A stretch of DNA of 64,000 nt from Eledone cirrhosa. Lineage: Eukaryota. Location: the NCBI GenBank assembly GCA_964016885.1, contig OZ024742.1, forward strand, positions 313,534,001 through 313,598,000. Direction: 5' to 3'. The position numbers were made by a program, and so were the translations under genes. This document shows positions 12,513 through 26,500 of this stretch, piece after piece (within the stretch, counting starts at the first letter, position 1; each line of letters opens with the position of its first letter). A model generated the notes under the pieces. The model did no database searches. It had not been told where the DNA came from and saw only the letters and a program-made list of their open reading frames with translations.

Positions 12513-13156
12513 ACGTTTTACCTTCACTAAGGTGATTTTACACTGTATAATAATAATGAAAATTATTGTGTACAGTGCTTAGGTGCTCTACAAGTTTTTG
12601 TTGATATTTTTTATAATATCATTTCATTTTATTATAATAATAATAAAATGTGTATTTAAATAAATAAAATAAAGGGTTATAATAAAAAAATAAATGAAAT
12701 GAATATTAAAAAAATATCAACAAAAAGGAGCTAATGAGAAAATGAAAAATAAGGAGAAATGGGTAAGAAAGTAAATATAAAATATTAAATAGTTTTCGTG
12801 ACATATATAGAAATAGTTATTTATTTAGGTGTTGAGTTGACAGCTGTATTTGTGAGTAATCTAGTGTTGCTTTAATAATCGATTGTTAAACTCTCATACT
12901 GTGTCTTCTGCATGTATTCCATTGTTGTTACTGTCAAGGCTGACGTAACCATTATGCCAGCTAGGCAGCTGCCTGACTGCAAATATTAGGGTATACAAAT
13001 ATTGCTGAGAGGTTAAAGAAGTTCACTTTGTAATCATGAAGTCCTGGGTTTGGTCCCATCGCTGGGCATCATGGGTAAATGTCTTTATCATAGCCTTGGG
13101 TCAACCCAAGCATTTTGTATGAAATTAAGTTGACAGAAACTGTTTAACTGTGTGTA

Positions 13157-13497
13157 ACACTCGTGGACATACTTACAAAATCAGAAAACAGCATAGCTCC
13201 CATGACTGCAGAAACATTTTTTCATGCCCAGAGTTACTGAAGCATGGAACAAACTACCTGCATTAGTTGTTAGCTGTCAGGTCACTGCGTCCTTCAAAAC
13301 TTCCATGCTGCCTGAAATTCGCCAACACTACACCTGATATTCTCCTTCCATACATACGCACGCATGTATCTGTGTGTATATCATAATTCATACACTGTTC
13401 ACTTTCCTGACATTTGTACATTATTCTATGTACTATACATGACCTTTGAGGAGTTTTAGTGCACCTGAGCACTGTACACAATAATTTTCATTATCAT
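13157..13497 (+). mobile_element. CR1-type LINE 3' end (ORF2 C-terminus and 3' UTR)
   Basis: TRGHTYKIRK...(frameshift)...FFMPRVTEAWNKLPALVVSC...SFK matches the CR1 ORF2 terminal pattern TRGH..K..FF..RV...WN.LP..VV....FK; ATT-type tail. Confidence 0.8.
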
Positions 13498-14067
13498 TAG
13501 CATTTACATTACTCTATATATATACTATTGTATTTTTATGGTAAAGGCTTTATTGCCTCACATAATACCGATTTTGATATTATTTATTTTGAAAACAATA
13601 CTGTAACATCAGTATGAGTCGCCAGTTACAGCCGGTTTGTACAAAAAAAAAAGGTGAGAGTATTCTGGCCGGATGCAACTGGTTTAAATGCTCATCAAAT
13701 GGATTGTATCTGTAATTCAAAGGTTTAGTCTTGTCACATATTTTGTTACACTGATTTAGTTTGGGAATTAACAGATGCGTATGTCTGTAAAATATTCAGC
13801 TACTTACACATTAATTTACAGGTTTGATGGTCAATTGGTCAATTTATCAACTCGATGCTCATCATTGAAACAGATGGAGGATCTATCAAGCCTCAAAGGA
13901 GTGCATTGCTAAAGTTTAAAGGGTCCCAGGTACATACACATTTGTATGGGGTTATAACCTGTTACATAATTTAGTGTGAATGAGTGTGGCTTGTGTAATG
14001 GTAAATGTAAGGTCAGTAATTATCTTAGTGTGGTCAGAGAAAGAAGTACAAAATGATAAATTGAAAT

Positions 14068-14262
14068 TACAGTACATACTTGAATCTAAGCGATCCAAAT
14101 ATAAGCTGACCCCTAATTTTATGTCTGAAAAAAAAAAGGCAAAAATCTAAACTGCTTGTATAAGCTGAGGCAGCTAATCAACACGTTTAGATGGTGTGGT
14201 TTTGAAATTCTTATGAGAGGAGAATATATTCAGGAAGTTTTAATATTTTGATATTTAAAATG
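14068..14262 (+). mobile_element. Left part of a pogo/Tc2-like non-autonomous DNA transposon
   Basis: TA-CAGTACATACTTGAATCTAAGC start; 14100-14262 matches 63148-63312. Confidence 0.55.
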
Positions 14263-14552
14263 TCTTCTATCCCAACGTGTGGCACTTATCCTCCCCCTCC
14301 TCATCATCATCACAATCTTCATCATCATTATCACCATCCTGCACGGGTTAGATAGATTGTCCCTCTTTGAGATTCTACATACCAGGAATGGCCACATTTG
14401 AGTTAGTAGTAGTGTTATGTTTTTTTTTTTTTTCTTTTCTGTTGACAAGGATTTTCGTTTTTGCTAAACTGACCTTTAGGCCTCTTGATTCTAGACCTTG
14501 CTTCTAATTTTGTGTATAATCCTTCAGGGCTTGATAAAGTAAGTATCAGTTA

Positions 14553-17500
14553 ACTTACACACAGCTACATCATACTGTTTCCAGATTATCTATATTGACT
14601 GTGGAACTATCTCTCCACAACTTCCACCCAGCTACATCATACTGTTTCCAGATTATCTATATTGACTGTGGAACTATCTCTCCACAACTTCCACCCAGCT
14701 ACATCATACTGTTTCCAGTTTATCTATATTGACTGTGGAACTGTCTCTCCACAACTTCCACCCAGCTACATCATACTGTTTCCAGTTTATCTATTTTGAC
14801 TGTGGAACTGTCTCTCCACAACTTCCACCCAGCTACATCATACTGTTTTCAGTTTATCTATATTGACTGTGGAACTGTCTCTCCACAACTTCCACCCAGC
14901 TACATCATACTGTTTCCAGTTTATCTATATTGACTGTGGAACTATCTCTCCACAACTTCCACCCAGCTACATCATACTGTTTCCAGTTTATCTATATTGA
15001 CTGTGGAACTGTCTCTCCACAACTTCCACCCAGCTACATCATACTGTTTCCAGTTTATCTATTTTGACTGTGGAACTATCTCTCCACAACTTCCACCCAG
15101 GTATATCATACTGTTTCCAGTTTATCTATTTTGACTGTGGAACTGTCTCTCCACAACTTCCACCCAGCTACATCATACTGTTTCCAGTTTATCTATTTTG
15201 ACTGTGGAACTGTCTCTCCACAACTTCCACCCAGCTACATCATACTATTTTCAGTTTATCTATATTGACTGTGGAACTATCTCTCCACAACTTCCACCCA
15301 GCTACATCATACTGTTTTCAGTTTATCTATATTGACTGTGGAACTATCTCTCCACAACTTACACCCAGCTACATCATACTGTTTCCAGTTTATCTATATT
15401 GATTGTGGAACTGTCTCTCCACAACTTCCACCCAGCTACATCATACTGTATCCAGATTATCTATATTGACTGTGGAACTATCTCTCCACAACTTCCACCA
15501 AGCTACATCATACTATTTTCAGTTTATCTATATTGACTGTGGAACTGTCTCTCCAGAACTTCCACCCAGCTACATCATACTGTTTCCAGTTTATCTATAT
15601 TGACTGTGGAACTATCTCTCCACAACTTCCACCCAGCTACATAATACTGTTTCCAGTTTATCTATATTGACTGTAGAACTATCTCTCCACAACTTCCACC
15701 CAGCTACATCATACTGTTTCCAGTTTATCTATATTGACTGTAGAACTGTCTCTCCACAACTTCCACCCAGCTACATCATACTGTTTCCAGTTTATCTATA
15801 TTGACTGTGGAACTGTCTCTCCACAACTTCCACCCAGCTGCATCATACTGTTTCCAGTTTATCTATTTTGACTGTGGAACTATCTCTCCACAACTTCCAC
15901 CCAGGTATATCATACTGTTTCCAGTTTATCTATTTTGACTGTGGAACTGTCTCTCCACAACTTCCACCCAGCTACATCATACTGTTTCCAGTTTATCTAT
16001 TTTGACTGTGGAACTGTCTCTCCACGACTTCCACGCAGCTACATCATACTGTTTTCAGTTTATCTATATTGACTGTGGAACTGTCTCTCCACAACTTCCA
16101 CCCAGGTATATCATACTGTTTCCAGTTTATCTATATTGACTGTGGAACTATCTCTCCACAACTTCCACCCAGCTACATCATACTGTTTCCAGATTATCTA
16201 TAATGACTGTGGAACTATCTCTCCACAACTTCCACCCAGCTACATCATACTGTTTCCAGATTATCTATATTGACTGTGGAACTATCTCTCCACAACTTCC
16301 ACCCAGCTACATCATACTGTTTCCAGATTATCTATATTGACTGTGGAACTATCTCTCCACAACTTCCACTCAGCTACATCATACTGTTTTCAGTTTATCT
16401 ATATTGACTGTGGAACTATCTCTCCACAACTTCCACTCAGGTATATCATACTGTTTCCAGTTTATCTATATTGACTGTGGAACTATCTCTCCACAACTTC
16501 CACCCAGCTACATCATACTGTTTCTAGTTTATCTATATTGACTGTAGAACTATCTCTCCACAACTTCCACCCAGCTACATCATACTGTTTCCAGTTTATC
16601 TATATTGACTGTGGAACTATCTCTCCACAACTTCCACCCAGCTACATCATACTGTTTCCAGTTTATCTATATTGACTGTGAAACTGTCTCTCCACAACTT
16701 CCACCCAGCTACATCATACTGTTTCAAGATTATCTATATTGACTGTGGAACTATCTCTCCACAACTTCCACCCAGCTACATCATACTGTTTCCAGTTTAT
16801 CTATATTGACTGTGGAACTATCTCTCCACAACTTCCACCCAGGTATATCATACTGTTTCCAGTTTATCTATATTGACTGTGGAACTGTCTCTCCACAACT
16901 TCCACCCAGCTATATCATACTGTTTCCAGTTTATCTATATTGACTGTGAAACTGTCTCTCCACAACTTCCACCCAGCTACATCATACTGTTTCAAGTTTA
17001 TCTATATTGACTGTGGAACTGTCTCTCCACAGCTTCCACCCAGCTACATCATACTGTTTCCAGTTTATCTATATTGACTGTGAAACTGTCTCTCCACAAC
17101 TTCCACCCAGCTACATCATACTGTTTCCAGTTTATCTATATTGACTGTGGAACTGTCTCTCCACAACTTCCACCCAGCTACATCATACTGTTTCCAGATT
17201 ATCTATATTGACTGTGGAACTATCTCTCCACAACTTCCACCCAGCTACATCATACTGTTTCCAGTTTATCTATATTGACTGTGGAACTATCTCTCCACAA
17301 CTTCCACCCAGCTACATCATACTGTTTCCAGTTTATCTATATTGACTGTGGAACTGTCTCTCCACAACTTCCACCCAGCTACATCATACTGTTTCCAGTT
17401 TATCTATTTTGACTGTGGAACTATCTCTCCACAACTTCCACCCAGGTATATCATACTGTTTCCAGTTTATCTATTTTGACTGTGGAACTGTCTCTCCACA

Positions 17501-20500
17501 ACTTCCACCCAGCTACATCATACTGTTTCCAGTTTATCTATTTTGACTGTGGAACTGTCTCTCCACAACTTCCACCCAGCTACATCATACTGTTTCAAGA
17601 TTATCTATATTGACTGTGGAACTATCTCTCCACAACTTCCACCCAGCTACATCATACTGTTTCCAGTTTATCTATATTGACTGTGGAACTATCTCTCCAC
17701 AACTTCCACCCAGGTATATCATACTGTTTCCAGTTTATCTATATTGACTGTGGAACTGTCTCTCCACAACTTCCACCCAGCTATATCATACTGTTTCCAG
17801 TTTATCTATATTGACTGTGGAACTGTCTCTCCACAACTTCCACCCAGCTACATCATACTGTTTCCAGTTTATCTATATTGACTGTGGAACTATCTCTCCA
17901 CAACTTCCACCCAGCTACATCATACTGTTTCCAGTTTATCTATATTGACTGTGGAACTATCTCTCCACAACTTCCACCCAGGTATATCATACTGTTTCCA
18001 GTTTATCTATATTGACTGTGGAACTGTCTCTCCACAACTTCCACCCAGCTATATCATACTGTTTCCAGTTTATCTATATTGACTGTGAAACTGTCTCTCC
18101 ACAACTTCCACCCAGCTACATCATACTGTTTCAAGTTTATCTATATTGACTGTGGAACTGTCTCTCCACAGCTTCCACCCAGCTACATCATACTGTTTCC
18201 AGTTTATCTATATTGACTGTGAAACTGTCTCTCCACAACTTCCACCCAGCTACATCATACTGTTTCCAGTTTATCTATATTGACTGTGGAACTGTCTCTC
18301 CACAACTTCCACCCAGCTACATCATACTGTTTCCAGATTATCTATATTGACTGTGGAACTATCTCTCCACAACTTCCACCCAGCTACATCATACTGTTTC
18401 CAGTTTATCTATATTGACTGTGGAACTATCTCTCCACAACTTCCACCCAGCTACATCATACTGTTTCCAGTTTATCTATATTGACTGTGGAACTGTCTCT
18501 CCACAACTTCCACCCAGCTACATCATACTGTTTCCAGTTTATCTATTTTGACTGTGGAACTATCTCTCCACAACTTCCACCCAGGTATATCATACTGTTT
18601 CCAGTTTATCTATTTTGACTGTGGAACTGTCTCTCCACAACTTCCACCCAGCTACATCATACTGTTTCCAGTTTATCTATTTTGACTGTGGAACTGTCTC
18701 TCCACAACTTCCACCCAGCTACATCATACTGTTTTCAGTTTATCTATATTGACTGTGGAACTATCTCTCCACAACTTCCACCCAGCTACATCATACTGTT
18801 TTCAGTTTATCTATATTGACTGTGGAACTATCTCTCCACAACTTACACCCAGCTACATCATACTGTTTCCAGTTTATCTATATTGACTGTGGAACTGTCT
18901 CTCCACAACTTCCACCCAGCTACATCATACTGTTTCCAGTTTATCTATATTGACTGTGGAACTATCTCTCCACAACTTCCACCCAGCTACATAATACTGT
19001 TTCCAGTTTATCTATATTGACTGTAGAACTATCTCTCCACAACTTCCACCCAGCTACATCATACTGTTTCCAGTTTATCTATATTGACTGTAGAACTGTC
19101 TCTCCACAACTTCCACCCATCTACATCATACTGTTTCCAGTTTATCTATATTGACTGTGGAACTATCTCTCCACAACTTCCACCCAGCTACATCATACTG
19201 TTTCCAGTTTATCTATATTGACTGTGGAACTGTCTCTCCACAACTTCCACCCAGCTGCATCATACTGTTTCCAGTTTATCTATTTTGACTGTGGAACTAT
19301 CTCTCCACAACTTCCACCCAGGTATATCATACTGTTTCCAGTTTATCTATTTTGACTGTGGAACTGTCTCTCCACAACTTCCACCCAGCTACATCATACT
19401 GTTTCCAGTTTATCTATTTTGACTGTGGAACTGTCTCTCCACAACTTCCACCCAGGTATATCATACTGTTTCCAGTTTATCTATATTGACTGTGGAACTA
19501 TCTCTCCACAACTTCCACCCAGCTACATCATACTGTTTCCAGATTATCTATAATGACTGTGGAACTATCTCTCCACAACTTCCACCCAGCTACATCATAC
19601 TGTTTCCAGATTATCTATATTGACTGTGGAACTATCTCTCCACAACTTCCACCCAGCTACATCATACTGTTTCCAGATTATCTATATTGACTGTGGAACT
19701 ATCTCTCCACAACTTCCACTCAGCTACATCATACTGTTTTCAGTTTATCTATATTGACTGTGGAACTATCTCTCCACAACTTCCACTCAGGTATATCATA
19801 CTGTTTCCAGTTTATCTATATTGACTGTGGAACTATCTCTCCACAACTTCCACCCAGCTACATCATACTGTTTCCTGTTTATCTATATTGACTGTGGAAC
19901 TATCTCTCCACAACCTTCACCTAGCTACATCATACTGTTTCCAGTTTATCTATATTGACTGTGGAACTATCTCTCCACAACTTCCACCCAGCTACATCAT
20001 ACTGTTTCTAGTTTATCTATATTGACTGTAGAACTATCTCTCCACAACTTCCACCCATCTACATCATACTGTTTCCAGTTTATCTATATTGACTGTGGAA
20101 CTGTCTCTCCACAACTTCCACCCAGCTACATCATACTGTTTCCAGTTTATCTATATTGACTGTGGAACTGTCTCTCCACAACTTCCACCCAGCTATATCA
20201 TACTGTTTCCAGTTTATCTATATTGACTGTGGAACTATCTCTCCACAACTTCCACCCAGCTACATCATACTGTTTCTAGTTTATCTATATTGACTGTAGA
20301 ACTATCTCTCCACAACTTCCACCCAGCTACATCATACTGTTTTCAGTTTATCTATATTGACTGTGGAACTGTCTCTCCATAACTTCCACCCAGCTATATC
20401 ATACTGTTTCCAGTTTATCTATATTGACTGTGGAACTGTCTCTCCACAACTTCCACCCAGCTACATCATACTGTTTCCAGTTTATCTATATTGACTGTGA

Positions 20501-23500
20501 AACTGTCTCTCCACAACTTCCACCCAGCTACATCATACTGTTTCAAGATTATCTATATTGACTGTGGAACTATCTCTCCACAACTTCCACCCAGCTACAT
20601 CATACTGTTTCCAGTTTATCTATATTGACTGTGGAACTATCTCTCCACAACATCCACCCAGGTATATCATACTGTTTCCAGTTTATCTATATTGACTGTG
20701 GAACTGTCTCTCCACAACTTCCACCCAGCTATATCATACTGTTTCCAGTTTATCTATATTGACTGTGAAACTGTCTCTCCACAACTTCCACCCAGCTACA
20801 TCATACTGTTTCAAGTTTATCTATATTGACTGTGGAACTGTTTCTCCACAGCTTCCACCCAGCTACATCATACTGTTTCCAGTTTATCTATATTGACTGT
20901 GAAACTGTCTCTCCACAACTTCCACCCAGCTACATCATACTGTTTCCAGTTTATCTATATTGACTGTGGAACTGTCTCTCCACAACTTCCACCCAGCTAC
21001 ATCATACTGTTTCCAGATTATCTATATTGACTGTGGAACTATCTCTCCACAACTTCCACCCAGCTACATCATACTGTTTCTAGTTTATCTATATTCACTA
21101 TAGAACTATCTCTCCACAACTTACACCCAGCTACATCATACTGTTTCCAGTTTATCTATATTGACTGTGGAACTGTCTCTCCACAACTTCCACCCAGCTA
21201 CATCATACTGTTTCCAGATTATCTATATTGACTGTGGAACTATCTCTCCACAACTTCCACCCAGGTATATCATACTGTTTCCAGTTTATCTATTTTGACT
21301 GTGGAACTGTCTCTCCACAACTTCCACCCAGCTGCATCATACTGTTTCCAGTTTATCTATTTTGACTGTGGAACTGTCTCTCCACAACTTCCACCCAGCT
21401 ACATCATACTGTTTTCAGTTTATCTATATTGACTGTGGAACTGTCTCTCCACAACTTCCACCCAGGTATATCATACTGTTTCCAGTTTATCTATATTGAC
21501 TGTGGAACTATCTCTCCACAACTTCCACCCAGCTACATCATACTGTTTCCAGATTATCTATAATGACTGTGGAACTATCTCTCCACAACTTCCACCCAGC
21601 TACATCATACTGTTTCCAGATTATCTATATTGACTGTGGAACTATCTCTCCACAACTTCCACCCAACTACATCATACTGTTTCCAGATTATCTATATTGA
21701 CTGTGGAACTATCTCTCCACAACTTCCACCCAGCTACATCATACTGTTTTCAGTTTATCTATATTGACTGTGGAACTATCTCTCCACAACTTCCACTCAG
21801 GTATATCATACTGTTTCCAGTTTATCTATATTGACTGTGGAACTATCTCTCCACAACTTCCACCCAGCTACATCATACTGTTTCCTGTTTATCTATATTG
21901 ACTGTGGAACTATCTCTCCACAACTTTCACCTAGCTACATCATACTGTTTCCAGTTTATCTATATTGACTGTGGAACTATCTCTCCACAACTTCCACCCA
22001 GCTACATCATACTGTTTCTAGTTTATCTATATTGACTGTAGAACTATCTCTCCACAACTTCCACCCAGCTACATCATACTGTTTCCAGTTTATCTATATT
22101 GACTGTGGAACTGTCTCTCCACAACTTCCACCCAGCTACATCATACTGTTTCCAGTTTATCTATATTGACTGTGGAACTATCTCTCCACAACTTCCACCC
22201 AGCTATATCATACTGTTTCCAGTTTATCTATATTGACTGTGGAACTATCTCTCCACAACTTCCACCCAGCTACATCGTACTGTTTCTAGTTTATCTATAT
22301 TGACTGTAGAACTATCTCTCCACAACTTCCACCCAGCTACATCATACTGTTTCCAGTTTATCTATATTGACTATGGAACTATCTCTCCACAACTTGCACC
22401 CAGCTACATCATACTGTTTCTAGTTTATCTATATTGACTATAGAACTATCTCTCCACAACTTACAGCCAGCTACATCATACTGTTTCCAGTTTATCTATA
22501 TTGACTGTGGAACTGTCTCTCTACAACTTCCACCCAGCTACATCATACTGTTTCCAGATTATCTATATTGACTGTGGAACTATCTCTCCACAACTTCCAC
22601 CCAGCTGCATCATACTGTTTCCAGTTTATCTATTTTGACTGTGGAACTGTCTCTCCACAACTTCCACCCAGCTACATCATACTGTTTTCAGTTTACCTAT
22701 ATTGACTGTGGAACTGTCTCTCCACAACTTCCACCCAGGTATATCATACTGTTTCCAGTTTATCTATATTGACTGTGGAACTATCTCTCCACAACTTCCA
22801 CCCAGCTACATCATACTGTTTCCAGTTTATCTATATTGACTGTGGAACTATCTCTCCACAACTTCCACCCAGCTACATCATACTGTTTCCAGTTTATCTA
22901 TATTGACTGTGGAACTGTCTCTCCACAACTTCCACGCAGCTACATCATACTGTTTTCAGTTTATCTATATTGACTGTGGAACTGTCTCTCCACAACTTCC
23001 ACCCAGGTATATCATACTGTTTCCAGTTTATCTATATTGACTGTGGAACTATCTCTCCACAACTTCCACCCAGCTACATCATACTGTTTCCAGTTTATCT
23101 ATATTGACTGTGGAACTGTCTCTCCATAACTTCCACCCAGCTATATCATACTATTTCCAGTTTATCTATATTGACTGTGGAACTGTCTCTCCACAACTTC
23201 CACCCAGCTACATCATACTGTTTCCAGTTTATCTATATTGACTGTGAAACTGTCTCTCCACAACTTCCACCCAGCTACATCATACTGTTTCAAGATTATC
23301 TATATTGACTGTGGAACTATCTCTCCACAACTTCCACCCAGCTATATCATACTGTTTCCAGTTTATCTATATTGACTGTGGAACTATCTCTCCACAACTT
23401 CCACCCAGGTATATCATACTGTTTCCAGTTTATCTATATTGACTGTGGAACTGTCTCTCCACAACTTCCACCCAGCTACATCATACTGTTTCCAGATTAT

Positions 23501-26500
23501 CTATATTGACTGTGGAACTATCTCTCCACAACTTCCACCCATCTACATCATACTGTTTCCAGATTATCTATATTGACTGTGGAACTATCTCTCCACAACT
23601 TCCACCCAGCTATATCATACTGTTTCCAGTTTATCTATATTGACTGTGAAACTGTCTCTCCACAACTTCCACCCAGCTACATCATACTGTTTCAAGTTTA
23701 TCTATATTGACTGTGGAACTGTTTCTCCACAGCTTCCACCCAGCTACATCATACTGTTTCCAGTTTATCTATATTGACTGTGAAACTGTCTCTCCACAAC
23801 TTCCACCCAGCTACATCATACTGTTTCCAGTTTATCTATATTGACTGTGGAACTGTCTCTCCACAACTTCCACCCAGCTACATCATACTGTTTCCAGATT
23901 ATCTATATTGACTGTGGAACTATCTCTCCACAACTTCCACCCAGCTACATCATACTGTTTTCAGTTTATCTATATTGACTGTGGAACTATCTCTCCACAA
24001 CTTCCACCCAGCTACATCATACTGTTTCTAGTTTATCTATATTGACTATAGAACTATCTCTCCACAACTTACACCCAGCTACATCATACTGTTTCCAGTT
24101 TATCTATATTGACTGTGGAACTGTCTCTCCACAACTTCCACCCAGCTACATCATACTGTTTCCAGATTATCTATATTGACTGTGGAACTATCTCTCCACA
24201 ACTTCCACCAAGCTACATCATACTGTTTTCAGTTTATCTATATTGACTGTGGAACTGTCTCTCCACAACTTCCACCCAGCTGCATCATACTGTTTCCAGT
24301 TTATCTATTTTGACTGTGGAACTATCTCTCCACAACTTCCACCCAGGTATATCATACTGTTTCCAGTTTATCTATTTTGACTGTGGAACTGTCTCTCCAC
24401 AACCTCCACCCAGCTACATCATACTGTTTTCAGTTTATCTATATTGACTGTGGAACTGTCTCTCCACAACTTCCACCCAGGTATATCATACTGTTTCCAG
24501 TTTATCTATATTGACTGTGGAACTATCTCTCCACAACTTCCACCCAGCTACATCATACTGTTTCCAGATTATCTATAATGACTGTGGAACTATCTCTCCA
24601 CAACTTCCACCCAGCTACATCATACTGTTTCCAGTTTATCTATATTGACTGTAGAACTGTCTCTCCACAACTTCCACCCAGCTACATCATACTGTTTCCA
24701 GTTTATCTATATTGACTGTGGAACTATCTCTCCACAACTTCCACCCAGCTACATCATACTGTTTCCAGTTTATCTATATTGACTGTGGAACTGTCTCTCC
24801 ACAACTTCCACCCAGCTGCATCATACTGTTTCCAGTTTATCTATTTTGACTGTGGAACTATCTCTCCACAACTTCCACCCAGGTATATCATACTGTTTCC
24901 AGTTTATCTATTTTGACTGTGGAACTGTCTCTCCACAACTTCCACCCACCTACATCATACTGTTTTCAGTTTATCTATATTGACTGTGGAACTGTCTCTC
25001 CACAACTTCCACCCAGGTATATCATACTGTTTCCAGTTTATCTATATTGACTGTGGAACTATCTCTCCACAACTTCCACCCAGCTACATCATACTGTTTC
25101 CAGATTATCTATAATGACTGTGGAACTATCTCTCCACAACTTCCACCCAGCTACATCATACTGTTTCCAGATTATCTATATTGACTGTGGAACTATCTCT
25201 CCACAACTTCCACCCAACTATATCATACTGTTTCCAGATTATCTATATTGACTGTGGAACTATCTCTCCACAACTTCCACTCAGGTATATCATACTGTTT
25301 CCAGTTTATCTATATTGACTGTGGAACTATCTCTCCACAACTTCCACCCAACTACATCATACTGTTTCCTGTTTATCTATATTGACTGTGGAACTATCTC
25401 TCCACAACTTTCACCTAGCTACATCATACTGTTTCCAGTTTATCTATATTGACTGTGGAACTATCTCTCCACAACTTCCACCCAGCTACATCATACTGTT
25501 TCCAGTTTATCTATATTGACTGTGGAACTGTCTCTCCACAACTTCCACCCAGCTACATCATACTGTTTCCAGTTTATCTATATTGACTGTGGAACTGTCT
25601 CTCCACAACTTCCACCCAGCTATATCATACTGTTTCCAGTTTATCTATATTGACTGTGGAACTATCTCTCCACAACTTCCACCCAGCTACATCGTACTGT
25701 TTCTAGTTTATCTATATTGACTGTAGAACTATCTCTCCACAACTTCCACCCAGCTACATCATACTGTTTCCAGTTTATCTATATTGACTGTGGAACTGTC
25801 TCTCCACAACTTCCACCCAGCTACATCATACTGTTTCCAGTTTATCTATATTGACCGTGAAACTGTCTCTCCACAACTTCCACCCAGCTATATCATACTG
25901 TTTCCAGTTTATCTATATTGACTGTGGCACTATCTCTCCACAACTTCCACCCAGGTATATCATACTGTTTCCAGTTTATCTATATTGACTGTGGAACTGT
26001 CTCTCCACAACTTCCACCCAGCTATATCATACTGTTTCCAGTTTATCTATATTGACTGTGAAACTGTCTCTCCACAACTTCCACCCAGCTACATCATACT
26101 GTTTCCAGTTTATCTATATTGACTGTGGAACTGTCTCTCCACAGCTTCCACCCAGCTACATCATACTGTTTCCAGTTTATCTATATTGACTGTGGAACTG
26201 TCTCTCCACAACTTCCACCCAGCTACATCATACTGTTTCCAGATTATCTATATTGACTGTGGAACTATCTCTCCACAACTTCCACCAAGCTACATCATAC
26301 TGTTTTCAGTTTATCTATATTGACTGTGGAACTGTCTCTCCACAACTTCCACCCTGCTGCATCATACTGTTTCCAGTTTATCTATTTTGACTGTGGAACT
26401 ATCTCTCCACAACTTCCACCCAGGTATATCATACTGTTTCCAGTTTATCTATTTTGACTGTGGAACTGTCTCTCCACAACTTCCACCCAGCTACATCATA

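Noticed and set aside
12595-12726. AT-rich inverted repeat as a miRNA-like hairpin
   Set aside because: Very AT-rich and imperfect; nothing supports a function.
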